From Patescibacteria group bacterium (lineage in GTDB: Bacteria; Patescibacteriota; Patescibacteriia; PEXW01): a DNA stretch of 64,000 nucleotides. Below are positions 54,462 to 64,000 of this stretch, piece after piece. The stretch is from contig JBBTVB010000006.1 of assembly GCA_038063455.1 (NCBI GenBank), positions 39,234 to 103,233 on the forward strand, given 5' to 3'. How positions within the stretch are numbered: the stretch's first letter is position 1; each line of letters opens with the position of its first letter. The notes beneath the pieces were generated by a model. The model did no database searches and had not been told where the DNA came from. It saw only the letters and a program-made list of their open reading frames with translations. The position numbers were made by a program, and so were the translations under genes.

Positions 54462-55208
54462 TTATGCTGCGGGGGTTACGGGGGCTGCGGGTGGGGTTTG
54501 GGTAGCTGCCGGGGCAGTCGCGGCTTTATGCTTGATACCTGCACTGATTGCTTCGGCCAGGAAACCAGCAATAAAGTCGACAGACTTCGTGGCATCGTCA
54601 TTGGCAGGAATTGGGTACTGCACTAAATCCGGATTGGTGTTGGAGTCGCAGAGCGCGATAATCGGCACTTTCATAGTCCGTGCTTCACGAATAGCCGTAC
54701 GCTCCTTAGCGGCGTCAATAACGAACAAGGCCTGCGGAATCTTGTCGACCATTTCTATACCGCCAATTTCGGTTTGCAGTTTTACAATCTCTTTCTGAAT
54801 GCCCACCTGCTCTTTCTTGGTGTAGCGGTCCAGCAAACCAGCGGCTTGCTCGCTCTTCAGGCGGCGCAATTTTTTAATGAGTTCATGAATGGTGGTGAAG
54901 TTCGTCAACGTGCCACCCACCCAGCGTTCGGTCACAAACGGCATGCTGCAGGCTTCGGCGTGCTTGCGCACAATCGCTTTCACCTGGCGCTTGGTGCCCA
55001 CAAACAAAATCGTGCCGCCGGCTTGGGCCGTGGCTTCTGCAAACTGCACTGCAATGGCGAGCTTGTCCCGCGTCGCCTCCAGGTTCAAAATGTGCACCCC
55101 GTTGCGGGACGTAAAAATGTAGGGCTTCATCTTTGGATTCCACCGAGATTCCTGGTGGCCAAAGTGCACGCCCTTTTGGAGCATTTCGAGCAAAGAAACT
55201 TCACGCAT
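54462..55208 (-). CDS. rpsB: 30S ribosomal protein S2
   Basis: GVHFGH..RWNPKMKPYIF, FVGTK, RWVGGTLTN and IPANDD; alternative start at 55223. Confidence 0.98.
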   Translation of the reverse strand: MREVSLLEMLQKGVHFGHQESRWNPKMKPYIFTSRNGVHILNLEATRDKLAIAVQFAEATAQAGGTILFVGTKRQVKAIVRKHAEACSMPFVTERWVGGTLTNFTTIHELIKKLRRLKSEQAAGLLDRYTKKEQVGIQKEIVKLQTEIGGIEMVDKIPQALFVIDAAKERTAIREARTMKVPIIALCDSNTNPDLVQYPIPANDDATKSVDFIAGFLAEAISAGIKHKAATAPAATQTPPAAPVTPAA

Positions 55209-55533
55209 ATATGGTCCTTTCATTAATTGCCGCTACGTCGGTTACGGCGCGCAGGGTGCTGCAGGGCAGGACCAGGATGCGCGTCGTTTTCCTGCAGTGC
55301 AGGAATGGGACGTATGTGAGATAGAGAACCCGATGACTGTACCATAGGGAGAGTAATTGGGCAAGGGTATGGAAGCAGGTGAGGTTATAGGGTTTATGGT
55401 ATGGAGGCTAGTTTGGTCAAAGGGTTTGGAAACCAGTAAGCAGACTTCCTCAGACCCTCCTTCCACACCCAAACCAGCCTCCATACCCACATCCTATTGA
55501 CTTATTTTCATTCCATGGTATAGTTTCCGAACT

Positions 55534-55791
55534 ATGAAAGTCTCAATCCACCCCGCCTACCACCACGACGCTACCGTTACCTGCGGTTGCGGCAACCACT
55601 TCGTTACCGGCTCGACCATGCAGGACATCCGCACGGAAGTCTGTTCCAATTGCCATCCGCTCTACACTGGCAAGCAGAAAGTCATGGATAGCCAGGGCCG
55701 CGTCGACCGCTTCAAACGCCTTAAAGAAAAGTCTTCGGCCAAAGTAACAGCGAAGCTGACTACCAAGAAAGCGAATAAAGTTAAGAAGTAA
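55534..55791 (+). CDS. rpmE: 50S ribosomal protein L31 (Zn-binding type)
   Basis: [22 protein letters not shown] and GRVDRF. Confidence 0.98.
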   Translation: MKVSIHPAYHHDATVTCGCGNHFVTGSTMQDIRTEVCSNCHPLYTGKQKVMDSQGRVDRFKRLKEKSSAKVTAKLTTKKANKVKK

Positions 55792-55832
55792 ACGCTTTTC
55801 GAACTCCCCTGGCCACCCAGGGGATTTTTCGT

Positions 55833-56891
55833 ATGGACATCCACACCCTGAAGGCCAAACTCGAACAGCTCGAACACCAACTGCAAACTGCGGCCGGTGC
55901 GGGTGATGCTGCGGAATTGCAAAAACTCTCACGCGAGCACAAACACCTTACCGAGCACGTCACGCTGCTGCAGCAAAAAATGGACCTAGAGAAGCAGCTT
56001 GTCGAAGCCAAAGCCGCCCAGCAGGATGAAGACCCCGACATGCTGCGCCTGGGGCAGGAAGAAGAAACGCGCGTGCGAGCAGAATTAACCGACGTCGAAG
56101 CCCGACTTATGGATATTGAGAAACCGCGCGACCCCATGGACTTTCGGAACGCGCTGGTTGAAATTCGGGCAGGCGCAGGGGGCGACGAATCTGGCCTCTT
56201 CGCCGCCGAACTGGCCCGTATGTACACCCGCTACGCCGAACGCCGCGGGTGGACCGCCGTGATTGTGGAGGCCAGCCGCACGGGCATTGGCGGCTACAAA
56301 GAAGTGATATTTGAAATCCATGGTGACGGTGCGTACGGCAGCTTACGTAGCGAGTCCGGTGTCCACCGTGTGCAGCGCGTGCCAGAGACGGAAAAAAGCG
56401 GGCGCGTGCACACCTCCACGGCCACGGTCGCGGTCATTCCCATTGTGGAAGAAACCGACATTGTTATTAAACCGGAAGACATTAAAATCGAAGCTACTAC
56501 CTCATCTGGCCATGGCGGCCAGTCGGTGAACACCACGTACTCTGCTATCCGCATGACCCACTTGCCAACCGGCGTGATGGTGAAAATGCAAGACGAGCGT
56601 TCGCAAAAGCAGAACAAAGCAAAAGCTATGGATATTCTCCGCGCCCGGGTATATGCCCTGGAGCAGGAAAAAAAGATGCAAAGCGCCTCCGTGCTACGGA
56701 AGAGCCAAATTGGCACCGGCGACCGCAGTGAAAAAATTCGGACGTATAACTTCCCCCAAGACCGCATGACCGAACACCGGCTCAAAGAGAACTACCACAA
56801 TCTATCCGCGATTATGGATGGCGACATTGAGCCGCTTATCCAAGCGCTGGCCAAAGCCCGCCGTGATGCCGCTGCGCAAGCAACAGTCTAA
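55833..56891 (+). CDS. prfA: Peptide chain release factor 1
   Basis: EIRAGAGGDES, GVHRVQRVPETE (PxT motif), GGQ and IRTYNFPQ. Confidence 0.97.
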   Translation: MDIHTLKAKLEQLEHQLQTAAGAGDAAELQKLSREHKHLTEHVTLLQQKMDLEKQLVEAKAAQQDEDPDMLRLGQEEETRVRAELTDVEARLMDIEKPRDPMDFRNALVEIRAGAGGDESGLFAAELARMYTRYAERRGWTAVIVEASRTGIGGYKEVIFEIHGDGAYGSLRSESGVHRVQRVPETEKSGRVHTSTATVAVIPIVEETDIVIKPEDIKIEATTSSGHGGQSVNTTYSAIRMTHLPTGVMVKMQDERSQKQNKAKAMDILRARVYALEQEKKMQSASVLRKSQIGTGDRSEKIRTYNFPQDRMTEHRLKENYHNLSAIMDGDIEPLIQALAKARRDAAAQATV

Positions 56892-57702
56892 TCTTGCTGA
56901 ACTACTCCTAAAGGCAAGACTCGACCCGCGCGAGAGCCGAGACCTTTTGGCTTTTGTGCTCCAAAAATCAACGGCCTACTTGGTGGCCCACCCCGAAACG
57001 CAACTCTCCCCTACTCAACAAAAAACTTTTCGGGCACTCGCCGCCAAACGTCGCCGCGGCGTGCCCTTTGCGTACCTGACTGGCCGCCAAGGTTTTTACG
57101 GTTTAGATTTTTTCGTTTCCAACGCCGTCCTTATCCCCCGCCCCGAGACTGAACAATTGATTGATTGGACACTGGCAAACATTGACCGAAAAAATCCTAC
57201 AACGATTGTTGACGTTGGTACCGGCTCCGGGTGCATTGCCGTAACGCTCGCAAAATACCTGCCGGCTGCAAATATCATTGCCTCAGACGTAAGCGACAAA
57301 GCGCTAACCGTGACCAAGAAAAATGCCAGGCTACACAAAGTATCAAACCGCATTACCTTCCGCCGCGGCTCCCTGCTATCAGTTCTCAAACCCAGCGAAC
57401 AGCCGGACATTGTGGTTGCTAATCTCCCCTACCTTACCAAACCCCAACTTAAAAATGTCCCGCACGAACCCAAGCTGGCCCTGCATGGCGGCACGCGGGG
57501 GCTGGAACTTATTGAAAAACTTATTCAACAACTTGCTGAACGAGGAATTTCTCGGGCTATTCTCGAAATCGATCCGCAGCAAGAACGGTGGCTTACGGCA
57601 ACCGCTTACCGCCTGAAAAATTACCAGTACGAAATCCTTAAGGATCTAAGCGGGCGGGCACGATTTCTTACGCTCAACCAGCGCGTAGCCAGGATTCCCT
57701 AA
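56866..57702 (+). CDS. prmC: Release factor glutamine methyltransferase
   Basis: LIPRPETE, DVGTGSGCI and NLPY; follows prfA. Confidence 0.95.
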   Translation: MPLRKQQSNLAELLLKARLDPRESRDLLAFVLQKSTAYLVAHPETQLSPTQQKTFRALAAKRRRGVPFAYLTGRQGFYGLDFFVSNAVLIPRPETEQLIDWTLANIDRKNPTTIVDVGTGSGCIAVTLAKYLPAANIIASDVSDKALTVTKKNARLHKVSNRITFRRGSLLSVLKPSEQPDIVVANLPYLTKPQLKNVPHEPKLALHGGTRGLELIEKLIQQLAERGISRAILEIDPQQERWLTATAYRLKNYQYEILKDLSGRARFLTLNQRVARIP

Positions 57703-57738
57703 TCCTGGCCTGGCGGGAATAGGGATTCCCGCCTACGC
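57683..57738. repeat. GTAG-type REP-like double hairpin at the prmC end
   Basis: GCGTAG-CCAGGATT..AATCCTGG..GGCGGGAAT..ATTCCCGCC-TACGC. Confidence 0.55.
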
Positions 57739-57912
57739 AGAAGGATTGTAGTGACTAACCATTGACAGTCCTACGACGATCCATTCACAAAAATTCCTAG
57801 CGACTTAAGTCGCGTAGAACAAACAGGGCAAACTTTGACAAAGAAAGAAGTCCCCTGTTAAAATTTGCACAAAGAAAATGGGACCTAACAAAAATAGAGA
57901 AGGAGGCCTAAA

Positions 57913-58173
57913 GTGGACATTGAAATCATTGGACTCATAGTTCTATCATTAGTAATTGCTGCTCGGGTGTTGTGGGTTCGGCGCCCATTCAAAAGGAATG
58001 AACGAGTAACGTTCCGTAGTGATAAGGATTTTGATACCTACGGTATAAAACCTACGGACTTCATGTTCATTACGCGCATCATCATGGGGAATGGACCCAT
58101 GGCAAAAATTGAAGGTATTAAAGAGTACGTACCTGTAAAAAAATTGAAACGATGGCCGAGTTGGAAAGTATAA
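57913..58173 (+). CDS. Small membrane-anchored hypothetical protein, stand-alone unit
   Basis: TTGACA (57835)-N18-TAAAAT promoter, AGGAGG RBS, GTG start and its own terminator. Confidence 0.75.
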   Translation: MDIEIIGLIVLSLVIAARVLWVRRPFKRNERVTFRSDKDFDTYGIKPTDFMFITRIIMGNGPMAKIEGIKEYVPVKKLKRWPSWKV

Positions 58174-58176
58174 AGT

Positions 58177-58204
58177 AAAGACGTGCCCATCGGCACGTCT
58201 TTTT
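58177..58204. terminator. Intrinsic terminator between convergent genes
   Basis: AAAGACGTGCC-CATC-GGCACGTCTTTTT. Confidence 0.85.
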
Positions 58205-58240
58205 ATTATCTACGCCTTCCGCTCTGTAAGTATCAAAATT

Positions 58241-58501
58241 TCAAAATATGGGTGGCATTAGAAGTGCTACGAGCACAAAGCCTAGTGCGTACAAAAATAG
58301 AGTGAGCCAGGTAGCTCCAAACGACTTCCATAACCCGACATGTTTTCTCATTATCCAAACTGTAAGTATTACCGGTGATAAAATTGCTACAGTTAAAGTA
58401 ACTATTGCACTACTTTCTTGGAAACTGTACACAAGTAGCGCACTAACTACCCCGGAGATAAATCCTACATATGTGAAGATTCTAATAAGTCTCATAATCA
58501 T
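58241..58501 (-). CDS. Small 3-TM hypothetical protein
   Basis: 86-aa hydrophobic ORF overlapping the upstream gene. Confidence 0.6.
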   Translation of the reverse strand: MIMRLIRIFTYVGFISGVVSALLVYSFQESSAIVTLTVAILSPVILTVWIMRKHVGLWKSFGATWLTLFLYALGFVLVALLMPPIF

Positions 58502-59015
58502 AGTAATGATGCTCGCAAATTGTATCTGGTTCTATAATAAATGCTGCTTGATCTAAATCTGATCTAAAAACAGGTCGTTTTAGGGATCTTCGGCATTTTT
58601 GATAATCATATTTGTATGATATCCACCTATGACACGAGCCTAAAATATAGCCGTCTGTAGAAACAAGAGGTTCTTTTAGAACAACAACTGGTCTAAGTCT
58701 ACTAAAAATTAATTTTCCTGTTGGATCACATATTTTAGTAGTACATTCACTGTTTTGCTTGCACGCTACACCTGCATCAGGAGCCAATTTGCTACATGCC
58801 GCAATCGAGGGTGAGAAAGACTTACCTTGAAGAGGGCAGAAAACTTTCTTGAGTATCCCTACCCGAATTGAACTAGTCGGGTTAGCTATACTAAAGGTCA
58901 GATAAAATACTGCAATCACCGGTATAGCAGACAAAAAAACTACTAGTGCTATTCTAAAAAACTTACTTTGCACTTTTGGCTGCGGATTACTTGGTTGTGA
59001 TTTGGGTGTCTCCAT
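58482..59015 (-). CDS. Membrane-anchored Cys-rich hypothetical protein
   Basis: TM followed by 8 Cys, including DAGVACKQNSECTTKIC. Confidence 0.7.
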   Translation of the reverse strand: METPKSQPSNPQPKVQSKFFRIALVVFLSAIPVIAVFYLTFSIANPTSSIRVGILKKVFCPLQGKSFSPSIAACSKLAPDAGVACKQNSECTTKICDPTGKLIFSRLRPVVVLKEPLVSTDGYILGSCHRWISYKYDYQKCRRSLKRPVFRSDLDQAAFIIEPDTICEHHYYDYETY

Positions 59016-59027
59016 AGATCAATTTTA

Positions 59028-61490
59028 TCACGCCTTCCGCTCCGCCACCATGGGTGGTGGCGCGGCCACGCCGAGCTGGGAGCGGTCTAAGATTTCTTGT
59101 TCAACTTCGGCCCGAACTTTACCGTATTGCTGGCGCGATTGCTGCACCAGCTGCTCGGCTAGGCCGGGCGTGGGCGAGGCTAACGGCAGGGTCTGCATGG
59201 TAAATGGCTTGGATGCCGTATTGTCGATGAGAAGTTTAACAATGGCCTCGTACTTCTCGATATTCGTCACATCGTACTGGCTAAAGGTTGGTGCAAAGGC
59301 CTGGGCAAAAATTTCGGCATCTTCCACGCCCACGCGGAAGGCGGCAATAGTACCCACGTTGCCAAACACGGCATCACGAATCTTTGTGTCTTGCTTCTCG
59401 ACCAGCTGGCCCACGTACTGGTGCGCAATGGTCAGGTTGAGTCGGTACTTTCGCGCTTCGGATAAAATCGTTGCCACGGAATCGGTGACGAAATTCTGGA
59501 ATTCGTCCACGTACAGGAAAAAGTCTTTGCGCTGCTCTTGAGGCAGACTCGCCCGGCGCAAGGCCGCCATTTGGAGTTTGGCAACGATAATCAAACCAAG
59601 CAGATTGGCATTCACCTCGCCCGTGCTTCCCTTGGCCAAGTTCACAAGGAGGATTTTGCCGTCATTCATTATCTGCTGGAAATTGAAGCCGCTCTTGGAC
59701 TGGCCAATGACGTTGCGCATCATGCTGTTTTCCACGAAGCGGCCAACTTTGCTAATGAGGTAGCCGAGCATTTCGGACTTGTGGAAGTCACTGGTCTTGG
59801 CCATTTCTTTTTCCCAGAACGCACGGACAATGGGGTCGGTGACTTTGGCGACCTTGGCCTTTTGGAACGCCGGGTCGGTAAACATGCGCGGGATCTCCAC
59901 AATCGTGCCCGGGTTTTCCCGGTCCGCCATGAGCGTGAGCATGACGTTGCGCATGTTGTGCTCGAACATCGGGCCGATGACTTCGGGCGGGAAAAGCTTC
60001 ATGAAAATGGCAATCATTTCCTGCACCGCAAAATCCTGCGCGTCTGGTGTTTCGGCATCCAGCATGTTGAGGCCTACGGGAAACTCAACGTCGGATGGAT
60101 TGAAGTGGATAACATCTTTCCAACGATGTTCAGGGATGCGCGCCAAAATATCTTGGATGAGATCACCGTGCGGGTCCACCACGCAGACGCCGTCGCCATT
60201 GGCAATATCCTGCAACGCCATATTGGCAATGAGCACAGACTTGCCGACGCCAGATTTCCCAATGACGTACACGTGACGACGACGGTCTTCCCGGCCGATG
60301 CGAATTTGGGTTTCCGCTCCGCGGAAATTACTGACACCCATGAGCACGCCTTCCTTGGGTGCGTTGACCGGTGGGGGCGCACTGCGAGACATGACCCAGG
60401 CGATGTTCGGTGTTTCGGTGCTTGGTAAAGGCAAGTGCCACAAGCTGGCTACCTCTTCCACGCTCAACACAGAACTGCGACCACCATCAAACGCGCGATA
60501 GATGAAGTCGTGAATGAGTCGGTCTTTTTTAAACGGGTCTTTCCGTTCAAAACCGTTACCCGTGTCAAACGCATTGTACTGGCCAAAGGCATCCTGAATA
60601 TTTTTGAGACGGATAAGCGCCGCTTGTTGCGTGGCGCTAGAAACCACAATACGGACATTCACGTCCAACCCCGCCTTGCTATTTTTCTCTTGCACGCGTT
60701 GCACCAGCACCTCCTGGGCGGGGTTCAACTGCTTGGGCATATCTGACATGGCGTCTTTCTTCTTACCGCTGCTAAAGAACATGCCAAAAATTTCTTTGGC
60801 AATATTTTTGGCCATGGAGTTGGAAACTGTGCCGCCGCTGCGCAAGCTGTGAATAGTACTGGTGGCACGGCTATGCCAGCGCGGGTTGGAAGACCGGCAG
60901 ACGTACTGGATGACCGCACCTTCTTCCGGGCTCAATTTGGACAGTGCATTGGTTAGGCCGGAAAGCGGATCCACGTCCATGCGCCGGTACGACAAGATTG
61001 GTAGCACCGTATTTTTCTTAAGTCGCAAATTCGCCGCCACCACGTGCGAGGTTGGCCGAAAGGGGTTGTACTCGGTGGTCTGGGTAATGTCGGAGGATGG
61101 GTACTGGGCGTGCAGCTGCTGCTCCATGAACTCGCGCATGGGTTCGGGCACGATAATGTAAAAACGAATTTCCCCGCGGTCCGCAACGATTTCTAACGTA
61201 AAGTGGTCGTCCCGCCCGCGGCCGAGCGTTTGGTACCAGCGTTGCGCCCGCATATTGCCCAAAAATGACAGGAATGATTCGCCAACGCTAATCTGCTCTT
61301 GCAGCTGCTGGATGCGCGACGCGCCTTGGCCGCTCTCTTCTTCCTGCTGCTCTTTGGGCAGCATCACCTGGAGGCAGACGTGCTGCACCGGGGCTGCGCT
61401 TCGACTTCGCTTCCGGAACACAAGCATAACCGCCGCGCCGATAACCAGCAGGCCGAGGGTTGCGAAAAGGATAATAGAGATGAGCGGCAT
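59028..61490 (-). CDS. TraD/TrwB/VirD4-like (HerA-FtsK superfamily) membrane ATPase
   Basis: RRRHVYVIGKSGVGKS (Walker A), DPHGD, LYVDEFQNF (Walker B) and LSEARKY..AHQ. Confidence 0.92.
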   Translation of the reverse strand: MPLISIILFATLGLLVIGAAVMLVFRKRSRSAAPVQHVCLQVMLPKEQQEEESGQGASRIQQLQEQISVGESFLSFLGNMRAQRWYQTLGRGRDDHFTLEIVADRGEIRFYIIVPEPMREFMEQQLHAQYPSSDITQTTEYNPFRPTSHVVAANLRLKKNTVLPILSYRRMDVDPLSGLTNALSKLSPEEGAVIQYVCRSSNPRWHSRATSTIHSLRSGGTVSNSMAKNIAKEIFGMFFSSGKKKDAMSDMPKQLNPAQEVLVQRVQEKNSKAGLDVNVRIVVSSATQQAALIRLKNIQDAFGQYNAFDTGNGFERKDPFKKDRLIHDFIYRAFDGGRSSVLSVEEVASLWHLPLPSTETPNIAWVMSRSAPPPVNAPKEGVLMGVSNFRGAETQIRIGREDRRRHVYVIGKSGVGKSVLIANMALQDIANGDGVCVVDPHGDLIQDILARIPEHRWKDVIHFNPSDVEFPVGLNMLDAETPDAQDFAVQEMIAIFMKLFPPEVIGPMFEHNMRNVMLTLMADRENPGTIVEIPRMFTDPAFQKAKVAKVTDPIVRAFWEKEMAKTSDFHKSEMLGYLISKVGRFVENSMMRNVIGQSKSGFNFQQIMNDGKILLVNLAKGSTGEVNANLLGLIIVAKLQMAALRRASLPQEQRKDFFLYVDEFQNFVTDSVATILSEARKYRLNLTIAHQYVGQLVEKQDTKIRDAVFGNVGTIAAFRVGVEDAEIFAQAFAPTFSQYDVTNIEKYEAIVKLLIDNTASKPFTMQTLPLASPTPGLAEQLVQQSRQQYGKVRAEVEQEILDRSQLGVAAPPPMVAERKA

Positions 61491-61491
61491 G

Positions 61492-62001
61492 CTAGCGCGG
61501 CGGCAAAAGGCTGACGAGTTTTTGGGCTTTGATCTTTGCTTCTTGTTCCACAAAAAATTTGTTCACGCCGGGAATCGATGAGAGCCAGCGCCGGATGACA
61601 TCGACGATGGCCGAAACCTTCACTTTGACCTGGCCAAGTAGGTTGTTGACTTCTTGCGCAGCCTGCTCCCCTGCCACTTTGAATTTCTGCTGCTCGGCCG
61701 GCGGCAACGCTTTAAAAATATCTTCCAAGCCTTCGGCCAGCACCTGCTCAACCTGCTGCAACTGCTGCTCCGTGGCGTTTATCGGCAAGGGCATGGCGGG
61801 CACTGGCGGTGCCACAGCCGGTGTTTCTTTTACCTGGCTTGGCACTTCGGGATGTTGCTCAAAACGCTCACCGTGTTTTTCTAAGGCTTCGCGGACTTTT
61901 TCGGGCCGTACTTCGGGCGGTCGTTCGGGTGCCCGATCGACAAGCTCAAAAATATCGATGGGTTCTTGCTCGGGTTTGGGGGCGGCGGGTTGCGCGGTCA
62001 T
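61492..62001 (-). CDS. Conserved hypothetical protein upstream of the ATPase
   Basis: VLAEGLE..FKVAGE..WLSSIPGVNKFFVEQEAKIK; TATACT-N6-ATG. Confidence 0.8.
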   Translation of the reverse strand: MTAQPAAPKPEQEPIDIFELVDRAPERPPEVRPEKVREALEKHGERFEQHPEVPSQVKETPAVAPPVPAMPLPINATEQQLQQVEQVLAEGLEDIFKALPPAEQQKFKVAGEQAAQEVNNLLGQVKVKVSAIVDVIRRWLSSIPGVNKFFVEQEAKIKAQKLVSLLPPR

Positions 62002-62049
62002 GCTCGTAGTATACCACTGTATTACGATTATTTGTGCTACTATACGCCA

Positions 62050-63186
62050 ATGGAAAAAATCACACCGACACCAGCGAAGGCCCCCATGAACGCAAAAATA
62101 TTTGCGGTGTTCTTGCTGGTCTTTACCGGCATCCTGGTTGCCTTGCACATTGCCTTGGCAATCGGCTGGGTATGGACGTTTGAAGTTGAAAACGCCAGGC
62201 GGACCTGGCTGATTTTTATCCTGCTGGGCATGAGCTTCCCAGTTATGTCGGCGGTGGTATTCTGGCGGGAAACCCGCTTTACCAATAGCCTGTACACCCT
62301 CACTTCGGTGTGGCTGGGCTTCTCGCTCTACGTGGCCATAGCAGTTATCCTGGGCGTGCTCGCCGGCATTGCCGAACTACTCTTTGGCTGGCAACTAACG
62401 CTTGGGAACATTATGATCGGCCTGCTGGCACTGGCCACTGCCTACGCCAGCTACGGCTTGTGGAATGCCTGGCACCCGGTGGCAAAAAGAATTACGGTTC
62501 AGATTCCCAATTTGCCTACAGCTTGGCAAGGGAAAAGAGTAGTCCAACTTTCGGATATCCACCTTGGGCCAATCCATCGGGAGCGCTTTGCCAGCATGGT
62601 GGTAAAAATGACGAACGCGGAAAACCCGGCCGCGGTCTTTGTAACCGGCGATTTGTTTGACGGGGGCGGCTTGGAACTGCATAAACTCGCTGACCCATTG
62701 AATGGCTTGCAAAGTGAACACGGCACCTTCTACATTACCGGCAACCACGAAACCTATGTAGGGGTTGACCGCTCGCTGGAAGCCCTTAAAAATATTCCCA
62801 TGAAAATCCTGCGGGATGAAAAAGTCGACGTGGCAGGACTGCAGATCTTGGGTATTGAATACCCCCTGCCCAACCAGAAAAAAGACGTCGCCCCCGCGCT
62901 TGCCCTCCTGGACCGGAACCGGCCGAATATTGTACTGTACCACGAACCCAAGTTTATCAATGAATTCCGCGCGGCCGGCGCACACCTGGTGCTCTGCGGC
63001 CACACGCACGTGGGACAAATGTGGCCGTTTAACTACATCACCCGCAAAGTGTACCGCGGCTATGACTACGGCCTGCACACCGAAGGGACCTTCAACCAGT
63101 ACACCTCTTCTGGCGTGGGCACCTGGGGCCCGCCCATGCGTACGGGCAACCGACCAGAGATTGTGGTGATTACGCTGGAAGCATAG
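62050..63186 (+). CDS. Membrane metallophosphoesterase (YkuE/YaeI-like)
   Basis: SDIHLG, TGDLFD, GNHE, LYHEP and GHTHVGQ. Confidence 0.93.
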   Translation: MEKITPTPAKAPMNAKIFAVFLLVFTGILVALHIALAIGWVWTFEVENARRTWLIFILLGMSFPVMSAVVFWRETRFTNSLYTLTSVWLGFSLYVAIAVILGVLAGIAELLFGWQLTLGNIMIGLLALATAYASYGLWNAWHPVAKRITVQIPNLPTAWQGKRVVQLSDIHLGPIHRERFASMVVKMTNAENPAAVFVTGDLFDGGGLELHKLADPLNGLQSEHGTFYITGNHETYVGVDRSLEALKNIPMKILRDEKVDVAGLQILGIEYPLPNQKKDVAPALALLDRNRPNIVLYHEPKFINEFRAAGAHLVLCGHTHVGQMWPFNYITRKVYRGYDYGLHTEGTFNQYTSSGVGTWGPPMRTGNRPEIVVITLEA

Positions 63187-63205
63187 TTGAACGGGTGGGG
63201 ATGAG

Positions 63206-63232
63206 AAAAAACCCCACGAAATTTCGTGGGGT
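63206..63232. terminator. Intrinsic terminator between convergent genes
   Basis: AAAAAACCCCACGAA-AT-TTCGTGGGGT. Confidence 0.8.
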
Positions 63233-63248
63233 CGTAGTCATGCAGCTG

Positions 63249-63644
63249 CTACACAATGTGTTTCAAGATACAATTTCTGACCTTTTCGGAAATATCATCT
63301 CCATTAAAGGCAAGGGAGTACCTAATATCCACAAGATAACTTCTTAAGGTAATCGAGACTATGCCCTTAATCCGAAAAAGTTCCTGTACGATTTTCGGTT
63401 GTTTTTCAACTTGATGATTTGGACCACCGAAAGTCAGAACATCATAGGTGGTTATGAGCTCGCTTAGATGGAATTCCACTGAACCATCAAAACACTTTTT
63501 GATAACGACGGTTGGCGCATGGACTTTTGATCCTTCTTCGATAGCAAAATCCATTCTTGCTTTTTTGAGCAACCACATGGCAAATCTTTGCATCAGTGTT
63601 GCCTGCTGTGGAACCGTGAATCTCATCGTTTGTGAAAGAGACAT
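63249..63644 (-). CDS. Hypothetical protein with an Nfu/NifU N-terminal-like domain
   Basis: GGAGG RBS; ELFRIKGIVSITL...VDIRYS..F..DDISEKV pattern. Confidence 0.6.
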   Translation of the reverse strand: MSLSQTMRFTVPQQATLMQRFAMWLLKKARMDFAIEEGSKVHAPTVVIKKCFDGSVEFHLSELITTYDVLTFGGPNHQVEKQPKIVQELFRIKGIVSITLRSYLVDIRYSLAFNGDDISEKVRNCILKHIV

Positions 63645-64000
63645 GTACCTCCGTGCCTTGCGTTGTTGGTTGGTTGGCTATCTTTTCGCAAGGCGGCGCA
63701 TTGGGCAAGATAGATAAATCCCAATGGCCATATTTCTACAACCCCAGCCTATGGGCATTACCGTGGAATGTCAATAGCAAGTACTGCCCACTAAACGCGA
63801 GACAGAAGCACTAAAATAATACCAGCACCGGCTGAAGATTGTGCCAATTACAATTACCAGCTAGGGCGGTTTACAAGGCTTGACAAGACTCCTATTTGAG
63901 GTAAGCTTGGGCGAAATTGAACTTTACAAACCTAGGAAAGGGTTGAAGAAATGTATGTGGGAAAACGTGAAAAACTGCGGATGCAGTTTCAACGAGAACA

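Noticed and set aside
1-64000. UGA recoding (genetic code 25)
   Set aside because: Long ORFs are intact under code 11, and several genes end naturally at TGA, including ATGA overlaps.
63880-64000. Start of a + strand gene at the window end
   Set aside because: A TTGACA promoter is present, but two ATGs in different frames (63951, 63955) and only ~50 nt of sequence prevent a call.

Overview
A bacterial chromosomal segment that looks like Patescibacteria/CPR. This is inferred from the short EF-Ts, archaeal-type UMP kinase, minimal mraZ-rsmH-ftsL-ftsI-murF cluster, CPR-typical hypothetical families and apparently leaderless genes. TGA serves as a stop, so the code is 11. Most of the window is core genome: cell division and peptidoglycan genes, xseAB, lexA/dinB, rplJL, rpsB-tsf, rpmE-prfA-prmC, rpmG and six intact tRNAs. 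Four things stand out. (1) An AT-rich, tightly coupled operon at 1-6292 joins a FeeM-type N-acyl amino acid synthase, a ThiF adenylyltransferase, a small membrane protein and three 7TM-GAF receptors, two of which lack a kinase domain; this is a candidate small-molecule signalling system. (2) In a tRNA region at 48.6-53 kb, duplicated tRNA fragments are interrupted by palindromic inserts, a GIY-YIG gene sits between a broken and an intact tRNA-Trp, and a repeat family is fused to tRNA CCA ends. (3) A ~390-nt structured non-coding unit with its own promoter and terminator lies divergent from lexA. (4) An SOS regulon marked by TTCGG-N6-TTCGG boxes includes a catalytically dead Y-family polymerase. 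No rRNA, CRISPR array, integrase or transposase was seen. All family calls come from reading motifs by eye; no database searches were run.
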